The notes beneath the pieces are model-generated. The model was not told the DNA's origin, searched no databases, and saw only the letters and a list, made by a program, of their open reading frames with translations. A stretch of 32,000 nt of DNA. Source: Candidatus Brocadia sp. Lineage in GTDB: Bacteria; Planctomycetota; Brocadiia; Brocadiales; Brocadiaceae. Below, one piece after another: positions 9,694-15,752 of this stretch. Position 1 is the first letter of the stretch. Every line of letters begins with the position of its first letter. The DNA is taken from assembly GCA_021650915.1 (NCBI GenBank), contig CP091279.1, positions 2,970,001 to 3,002,000 on the forward strand, written 5' to 3'. Position numbers and translations under genes: made by a program.

Positions 9694-10815
9694 ATGAGTG
9701 AGTATCAGTATTATGAATTTCGGGCAATTGACCGTCCCTTAACAGAAGCTCAGAAATCAAAGATTTCAGCGCTTTCCAGCCGGGCGCATGTCACCTCTCA
9801 CACGGCCTCGTTTGTTTACAACTACGGAGATTTTCGGGGAAATCCAGAACAACTCATGAGCGACTATTTTGATGCCATGGTGTATGTGAGCGATTGGGGT
9901 TCAAGGCGTTTAATGTTTCGTATCCCTCTATCCCTGATTGACACGAAAAAACTTGGACGGTATTGTATTTCAGAAGAAATCAATGCAAGAGAGACAAAAC
10001 AGGGCGTAGTTTTAGACATGAACTTTCATGATGAGGAACTGGCAGACTGGACCGAAGGCGAAGGGTGGTTAGACGAACTTGTTGAAATGAGAGCGGAACT
10101 GATTCGGGGAGATTCTCGGGTTCTCTATCTGGCATGGCTGAAGGCTGCCGAAAATGCGTTGAGAGCAGAAGATATTGATGACGATACCCTGGAACCTCCT
10201 GTCCCACCGGGATTAAATCAACTCTCTGGTGCACAAAATGTCTTCGTCAGGTTTTTAGAAATTGATGAAGCAATGCTTGTGGTAGCGGCCCAAAAGAGCG
10301 AGGAGCAAAAAGAGGATCATCTGCAACTCGAAAATTGGGTAGAAAAATTATCCATCGAAGAACAACATGAGTTTCTCAGACGCTTAAGTCGGGGAGAGCC
10401 TAATCTATCAGTACTCATGAATAGGCGTCTTCATGAGTTAGCGAATAAGACGCAATGTTCTGCGGACGGAGGAGGCATAGGGCAAAGAACGATTGCCGGG
10501 TTGATTCAGGCCGCAGAGGAATGGCGAAGCCGTAAACAAGAAGACGAGCGCCGCAAAGAGGAACTTGCACGAAAACGAAGGCTGGAGGAGTTCGCAGTGA
10601 AAGAAAACGATGCCTGGCAGCAGGTTGAGATCCTGATCAACGAGAAAAAGCCCAAGTCGTATGATAGCGCCATTGGCCTGCTCAAGGAACTCCGGGAACT
10701 TGCGGAATACCAGGGAAGACTGGAAGGATTTAAAAAGCGCGTTGCAGAAATTCAACAGACGTATTCGAACCGGCCGGCGTTACGAGACCGGATACTTCAT
10801 GCCAGTTTGATTTGA
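9694..10815 (+). CDS. Hypothetical protein (373 aa) with a conserved-looking N-terminal domain and a charged coiled-coil C-terminus
   Basis: The N-terminus is MSEYQYYEFRAIDRPLTEAQKSKISALSSRAHVTSHTASFVYNYGDFRGNP. I recall similar N-termini in uncharacterised bacterial proteins but cannot name a family. The C-terminus is Lys/Arg/Glu-rich (RSRKQEDERRKEELARKRRLEEFAVKEND). No enzymatic motif was recognised. Confidence 0.6.
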   Translation: MSEYQYYEFRAIDRPLTEAQKSKISALSSRAHVTSHTASFVYNYGDFRGNPEQLMSDYFDAMVYVSDWGSRRLMFRIPLSLIDTKKLGRYCISEEINARETKQGVVLDMNFHDEELADWTEGEGWLDELVEMRAELIRGDSRVLYLAWLKAAENALRAEDIDDDTLEPPVPPGLNQLSGAQNVFVRFLEIDEAMLVVAAQKSEEQKEDHLQLENWVEKLSIEEQHEFLRRLSRGEPNLSVLMNRRLHELANKTQCSADGGGIGQRTIAGLIQAAEEWRSRKQEDERRKEELARKRRLEEFAVKENDAWQQVEILINEKKPKSYDSAIGLLKELRELAEYQGRLEGFKKRVAEIQQTYSNRPALRDRILHASLI

Positions 10816-11186
10816 GAAGGATGAAAGCCCACTCTGGTTTTCACAAATACAGTGCGGACCCGATTACATGGTTCTGTTGATTTCACTTGATAGTTACTAT
10901 GCCACACAATAGTATGCTGATAATTATATACTCAAGATGCTCATAAAATGTGAATTTTAAATTGATAATAAGGTGGCATGGACAAACTCTGTTTGTCCGT
11001 GTTGAACTACTATAAATCATAAATTGTGAGCCTGTGGAGTATAGAATAAAGGTAACTATTCAACAAAAATTGGCAGAGAATATTTTCTTTGTATAGTTAA
11101 GAGCCAACAGGGAAAATGGACAGACTGAAAAATCCCGAAGGGATGACATGATTATAGGATAAGGCACACCACCATATTTAACCCCC

Positions 11187-11405
11187 TAGCGCAGCACAGC
11201 CGCAACCAAATTTCCTTTATGAAAGCGGGGAGATTGCTTCGGAAAAGGCCCTCGCAATGACAGCGACCATGCACTTTGATGGCACACTGCACGTTGTCAT
11301 TGCGAGTGAAGCGAAGCAATCTTTCACTCATAAAAAACGGCACCTCCTGAAAGAGGTTTGTGAAAAAACTTACAGAAAAAAGAAGTTTTTATGAAGTAAT
11401 ACTAT
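11187..11405 (+). repeat. Modular hairpin repeat, copy A (219 bp), immediately upstream of hsdM
   Basis: It is near-identical to 18890-19109: by eye, about 6 substitutions plus one 1-bp indel. It contains a nested inverted repeat: AGATTGCTTCG (11231-11241) and CTCGCAATGAC (11251-11261) pair with GTCATTGCGAG (11296-11306) and CGAAGCAATCT (11312-11322). Confidence 0.9.
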
Positions 11406-11469
11406 CGTGAAGATGGCTATTTTGTAACACGGAGTGGCAGGAGCAGGAGAGAGTAAACCTGGAGAAGAT

Positions 11470-13437
11470 ATGGATTTAGCACAGCACAATATGATCGTAA
11501 ATTTTATTTGGAGTATTGCAGATGACTGTCTGCGCGATGTTTACGTACGTGGCAAATATCGCGATGTAATTCTTCCCATGACGGTAATCCGCAGAATTGA
11601 CGCCTTGCTTGAACCTGCCAAACAGGCTGTTCTAAAGATGAAGGAACAACTTGATGCCGCAAAGGTCACCAACCAGCATCCGGCGCTTTGCCAGGCGGCA
11701 GGGCAGGCTTTTTACAATACAAGTCCCTTTGTCCTGCGTGACTTAAAATCCCGTAGCTCACAGCAAAAGCTGAAAGCCGACTTTGAATCCTATCTCGATG
11801 GTTTCTCTCCGAATGTCCAGGAGATTCTGGAAAAGTTTAAGTTCAGGAATCAGATCCCCACCATGATTGAATCGGATATTCTCGGATTGGTTATAGAGAA
11901 ATTCACCAACACGGAAATCAACCTGAGCCCTAACCCGGCGCTTGATGTCAATGGCAATGTTCGCCTCCCTGCGCTGGATAACCATTCTATGGGGATGATT
12001 TTTGAAGAGCTGATCCGCCGTTTCAACGAAGAAAACAACGAAGAGGCGGGAGAACATTTTACCCCGCGCGATGTAGTCAAGCTGATGGCAAAGCTCATAT
12101 TTTTGCCGGTTGCCGATAAAATTGAGTCAGGCACCTATCTGGTGTATGACGGCGCTTGCGGAACCGGTGGTATGCTGACCGTGGCGGAAGATACGCTCTT
12201 GCAGCTTGCCAAAGAACACGGAAAAGAAGTTGCGATTCACCTTTACGGGCAGGAATCTCAGCCTGAAACCTACGCCATTCTCAAGGCAGACCTTTTATTG
12301 AAAGGCGAAGGCGCTGAAGCCGAAAACATGAAGTTCGGCTCAACGCTCTCCGCCGATGGCCATTCGTCAAGGGAATTTGACTTTATGCTCTCCAATCCAC
12401 CCTACGGCAAAAGCTGGAAGACCGACCAGGAACGCATGGGCGGCAAAGGGGAAATAAAAGACCATCGATTTGTCATCAACTATAGCGGTGATCCCGAATA
12501 CAAGATGATCACCCGTTCGAGCGACGGGCAGATGTTGTTCCTTGTAAACAAGCTGTCCAAAATGAAAGGCAATACTGCCCTTGGAAGCCGTATCGCGGAG
12601 GTTCATAATGGTTCTTCTTTATTCACCGGAGATGCCGGACAGGGGGAAAGCAATATCCGCCGCTGGATTATTGAAAACGACTGGCTGGAAGCGATCGTTG
12701 CCCTGCCGGAAAACATGTTCTACAACACCGGTATTGCCACCTATATCTGGCTTTTGTCTAACCGGAAAAGTTTAGAGCGAAAAGGCAAGGTTCAACTCAT
12801 TGACGCCAGCGGCTGGTTTGTGCCGCTTCGCAAAAACCTCGGCAAGAAAAACTGCGAGTTTTCCGAAGAACAGATACGGCAGATTGCCGACTTGATTGTG
12901 AATCCCAGGGAAACCGAGCAGTCCAAAATCTTCCCTAATGAGACCTTTGGCTATCACAAAATTACGGTTGAACGCCCTTTGAAGCTGAAGGATATTGACC
13001 CTGAGAAAGCCTACTTACCAAAAGAGATCAAGGCTTTTGTGGCAGAAGGAAAGGCAGATGAAAACGGCATTCCGGCAATCAGGAAAATCCACAAATCAGG
13101 CAGGGCCGATCCTCTGCACGGCCTGTTTGCGCGGACTATTGGTGGTAAAAAATGCGTGGTAGAGTATGAGCCGGATACCAACCTTCGAGATACGGAACAG
13201 GTTCCTTTATTGGAAGATGGAGGCATAGAAGCCTTTTTCAAGCGAGAAGTGCTGCCCTATGTGCCAGACGCATGGATTGACGGGAACAAAACCCAGATTG
13301 GCTATGAAGTTTCCTTTACCCGGTACTTTTACAAACCAGTGCAGATGCGGACGCTTGATGAAATCATGGCGGATATTCGTGCTATTGAAAAAGAGACGGA
13401 TGGACTGTTAAATGAGATTGTAGGGGATGGAAAATGA
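11470..13437 (+). CDS. hsdM: Type I restriction-modification system, DNA methyltransferase subunit M
   Basis: The N-terminal HsdM domain is [41 protein letters not shown]. The SAM motif is [11 protein letters not shown] and the catalytic motif is [13 protein letters not shown] 11470 has GGAGA 5 nt upstream; the ORF is also open from GTG 11434. Confidence 0.92.
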   Translation: MDLAQHNMIVNFIWSIADDCLRDVYVRGKYRDVILPMTVIRRIDALLEPAKQAVLKMKEQLDAAKVTNQHPALCQAAGQAFYNTSPFVLRDLKSRSSQQKLKADFESYLDGFSPNVQEILEKFKFRNQIPTMIESDILGLVIEKFTNTEINLSPNPALDVNGNVRLPALDNHSMGMIFEELIRRFNEENNEEAGEHFTPRDVVKLMAKLIFLPVADKIESGTYLVYDGACGTGGMLTVAEDTLLQLAKEHGKEVAIHLYGQESQPETYAILKADLLLKGEGAEAENMKFGSTLSADGHSSREFDFMLSNPPYGKSWKTDQERMGGKGEIKDHRFVINYSGDPEYKMITRSSDGQMLFLVNKLSKMKGNTALGSRIAEVHNGSSLFTGDAGQGESNIRRWIIENDWLEAIVALPENMFYNTGIATYIWLLSNRKSLERKGKVQLIDASGWFVPLRKNLGKKNCEFSEEQIRQIADLIVNPRETEQSKIFPNETFGYHKITVERPLKLKDIDPEKAYLPKEIKAFVAEGKADENGIPAIRKIHKSGRADPLHGLFARTIGGKKCVVEYEPDTNLRDTEQVPLLEDGGIEAFFKREVLPYVPDAWIDGNKTQIGYEVSFTRYFYKPVQMRTLDEIMADIRAIEKETDGLLNEIVGDGK

Positions 13438-13916
13438 ATCCGCGGATAACGCAGATGGACGCAGATAAGAAAGATTCAGAGACCTACTTAATCATTGGCG
13501 CGGCAATGGCTGTTCACCGTGAATTAGGCAACGGTTTTTTAGAGGCTGTTTATCAAGAAGCTTTAGAAAAGGAGTTTTCCAGGCAAGGGATTTCGTATGT
13601 TCGGGAACAAGAGCTTAAGATATGTTATCGTGGTCAAGAGCTGAAGACATGCTATAAGGCGGATTTTGTTTGTTTTGGCAATATAATCGTTGAACTGAAA
13701 GCCCTGCAGCAATTATCCGGCAATGAAGAATCACAAATTATCAATTATTTAAAGGCCTCCGGCTTAAACAAGGGACTTTTGCTTAATTTTGGAACCAGGC
13801 AGTTGCAATATAAAAGATTTGTCTTTAATCTGCGAGAATCTGCGTCATCTGCGGATGGAGGAAAAGGCATGAGTCCGCAGATGACGCAGATTCTCGCAGA
13901 TAAAAGAACAAAATAG
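13434..13916 (+). CDS. GxxExxY protein (PD-(D/E)xK nuclease fold, PDDEXK_3/TIGR04256-type), copy 1
   Basis: It has the GFLEAVY motif (GxxExxY) and a nuclease-like D...ELK ([16 protein letters not shown]). Its start overlaps the hsdM stop (ATGA). The ORF reads through its own 3' inverted terminus and the adjacent palindrome ([29 protein letters not shown]), so the last 20 aa or so may not be native. Confidence 0.85.
   Translation: MNPRITQMDADKKDSETYLIIGAAMAVHRELGNGFLEAVYQEALEKEFSRQGISYVREQELKICYRGQELKTCYKADFVCFGNIIVELKALQQLSGNEESQIINYLKASGLNKGLLLNFGTRQLQYKRFVFNLRESASSADGGKGMSPQMTQILADKRTK
13828..13901. repeat. Perfect 28-bp inverted repeat (palindrome) with an 18-nt spacer
   Basis: ATCTGCGAGAATCTGCGTCATCTGCGGA (13828-13855) is the exact reverse complement of TCCGCAGATGACGCAGATTCTCGCAGAT (13874-13901). 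The left arm is the 3' terminus of GxxExxY copy 1. The right arm resembles the 5' terminus of copy 2. Confidence 0.95.
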
Positions 13917-13954
13917 AATTGTTTTAAAGACGCTCATTTGCGCAATCCGCGGAT
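13874..13954 (+). repeat. Gene-less mini derivative of the GxxExxY cassette (5'-terminus-like and 3'-terminus-like sequences about 25 bp apart)
   Basis: The 5' part ATGAGTCCGCAGATGACGCAGATTCTCGCAGATAAAAG parallels the copy 2 start ATGCATCCGCAGATGACGCAGAGGGACGCAGAGAGAAG. The 3' part GCGCAATCCGCGGATAAAGG parallels the copy 2 end GTGCAATCTGCGGATAAAGA. It lies 14 nt upstream of the hsdS ATG, the same spacing as copy 2 to hsdR. Confidence 0.6.
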
Positions 13955-13968
13955 AAAGGTAGTGAACA

Positions 13969-15327
13969 ATGAATTTGAAACCATACCCAGAATATAAAGA
14001 CTCCGGTGTTGCGTGGCTGGGGGATGTGCCGAGGCATTGGGCGGTGCATCCGTTGAAACGATATGCAAAAAATATAATCAATAATGTTATATCGAAAAAC
14101 AGTGAGGAACTTTATATTGCATTAGAACATATTGAAGGTTGGACTGGTAGATTTAAAAAAAACAGAGAGGCAAAATTCACAGGGCAGGTAAAAAGATTCT
14201 CTGAAACTGATGTCCTTTTGGGAAAATTACGCCCATATTTGGCGAAAGTAGCTTTTCCAAAAGAAAAAGGCGTATGTGTAGGAGAAATACTTTCTATTAG
14301 GCCAAATGTAAACTATTTACTGGGGACATTTTTAGAAAAATCATTTTTGTCTTTTCCTTTTATAGGGATAGTAAATGGTTCAACTTATGGTTCTAAAATG
14401 CCACGGACAGAATGGGATTTTATCGGAAATCTTGGATTCCCAATCATCCCTCTCCCCGAACAAAACCAAATTGCCCGTTTCCTCGATTACAAAACCGCCC
14501 AGATTGCCCGCTTCATCAAGGCCAAAAAGCGGATGATTGAACTCTTGAAAGAGCAGAAGCAGGTGATCATCAACGATGCAGTAACGGGAAAGATTGATGT
14601 CGCCACTGGCAAACCTTATCCGAAATACAAAGACTCCGGCATGGAATGGCTGGGGCAGGTGCCGGAGGGATGGGAGGTGTTGCCATTAAGGTGGCACATA
14701 TTGATTGGCTCTGGAGAGTTCCGTTCTGGAAATTTAATTAGAACTGAAAAATCATCTGATTACCAGTATCCAGTTATCGGTGGAAACGGTGTATTGGGTT
14801 ATACTAATTCAAATAACTCAGAAGATAATTTGATTATAATTGGTAGAGTTGGCGCTCTTTGTGGAAATGTTCATTATGTAAAAGAATCTGCTTGGATTAC
14901 AGATAATGCATTACGAATTGATGATATTAGGAAATTCCAACCTGAATTTCTGGCTTTACAATTAAAAGCAATGAACCTTAATAAACTATCAAATGCGAAT
15001 GCACAGCCGCTTATTACTGGTGGTATTATTAAGTCGCAAAAAGTTGTCTTTCCACCTCTTAATGAACAACTTGAAATTCTGAAATACATCGAACACAAAA
15101 CCGCCGCCATTGGCAAAACCATCTCCCGCACTGAGCGGGAAATCGCTCTGATGCAGGAATACCGCACACGGCTCATCTCCGATGTGGTAACGGGAAAAAT
15201 AGATGTGCGAGGTATTGAAATACCTGACATTGCCGACATTGATGATACACTTGACGAAGCAATGGAAGAAACCGAAGGTAAAGATGAATGGGAAACAGAG
15301 GAGGCGGAAGAATGCATCCGCAGATGA
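13969..15327 (+). CDS. hsdS: Type I restriction-modification system, specificity subunit S (two target-recognition domains)
   Basis: It has a duplicated architecture. Each half starts with PYP.YKDSG..WLG.VP..W (aa 5-25 and about 216-236). Each half ends with the conserved helical spacer: PLPEQNQIARFLDYKTAQIARFIKAKKRMIELLKEQKQVIINDAVTGKIDV and PPLNEQLEILKYIEHKTAAIGKTISRTEREIALMQEYRTRLISDVVTGKIDV. The TRD segments are visibly more AT-rich. Confidence 0.92.
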   Translation: MNLKPYPEYKDSGVAWLGDVPRHWAVHPLKRYAKNIINNVISKNSEELYIALEHIEGWTGRFKKNREAKFTGQVKRFSETDVLLGKLRPYLAKVAFPKEKGVCVGEILSIRPNVNYLLGTFLEKSFLSFPFIGIVNGSTYGSKMPRTEWDFIGNLGFPIIPLPEQNQIARFLDYKTAQIARFIKAKKRMIELLKEQKQVIINDAVTGKIDVATGKPYPKYKDSGMEWLGQVPEGWEVLPLRWHILIGSGEFRSGNLIRTEKSSDYQYPVIGGNGVLGYTNSNNSEDNLIIIGRVGALCGNVHYVKESAWITDNALRIDDIRKFQPEFLALQLKAMNLNKLSNANAQPLITGGIIKSQKVVFPPLNEQLEILKYIEHKTAAIGKTISRTEREIALMQEYRTRLISDVVTGKIDVRGIEIPDIADIDDTLDEAMEETEGKDEWETEEAEECIRR

Positions 15328-15752
15328 CGCAGAGGGACGCAGAGAGAAGAGATCCTCAGACATACACGATTATTGGTGCGGCAATGCAGGTTCATAAAGA
15401 ACTGGGACACGGTTTCTTGGAGGCTGTGTATCAGGAAGCTTTAGAAAGAGAGTTTTCTAAACAGGGAATTCCTTATGTTCGGGAACAGGAGCTTAAGATA
15501 TTTTATTGTGGTCAAGAATTGAAGACATTTTACAAAGCGGATTTTGTTTGCTTTAGTAGTATAATCGTTGAATTGAAAGCTGTACAAAATATTACAGGAG
15601 TAGACGAGGCTCAGGTTATCAACTACCTGAAAGCATCTAATCTGAATAAAGCACTTTTGATTAATTTTGGTAGCTTGAGCTTACAGTACAAACGACTGGT
15701 CTTTAATCTGCGTGAATCTGTGCAATCTGCGGATAAAGAGAGGGAAGCATGA
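15312..15752 (+). CDS. GxxExxY protein (PD-(D/E)xK nuclease fold), copy 2
   Basis: It is a paralogue of 13434..13916 ([57 protein letters not shown]). ATG 15312 aligns with the copy 1 start (MHPQMTQRDAERRD versus [14 protein letters not shown]); the ORF is open from 15288. The start lies inside the last 16 nt of hsdS, and the stop overlaps the hsdR start (ATGA). Confidence 0.85.
   Translation: MHPQMTQRDAERRDPQTYTIIGAAMQVHKELGHGFLEAVYQEALEREFSKQGIPYVREQELKIFYCGQELKTFYKADFVCFSSIIVELKAVQNITGVDEAQVINYLKASNLNKALLINFGSLSLQYKRLVFNLRESVQSADKEREA

Noticed and set aside
10816-11186. AT-rich spacer with an 8-bp hairpin (GGACAAAC-TCT-GTTTGTCC, 10980-10998), considered as a terminator or small RNA
   Set aside because: The hairpin is short, lacks a U-tract and lies about 170 nt from the upstream stop codon. 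I could not support any specific call.
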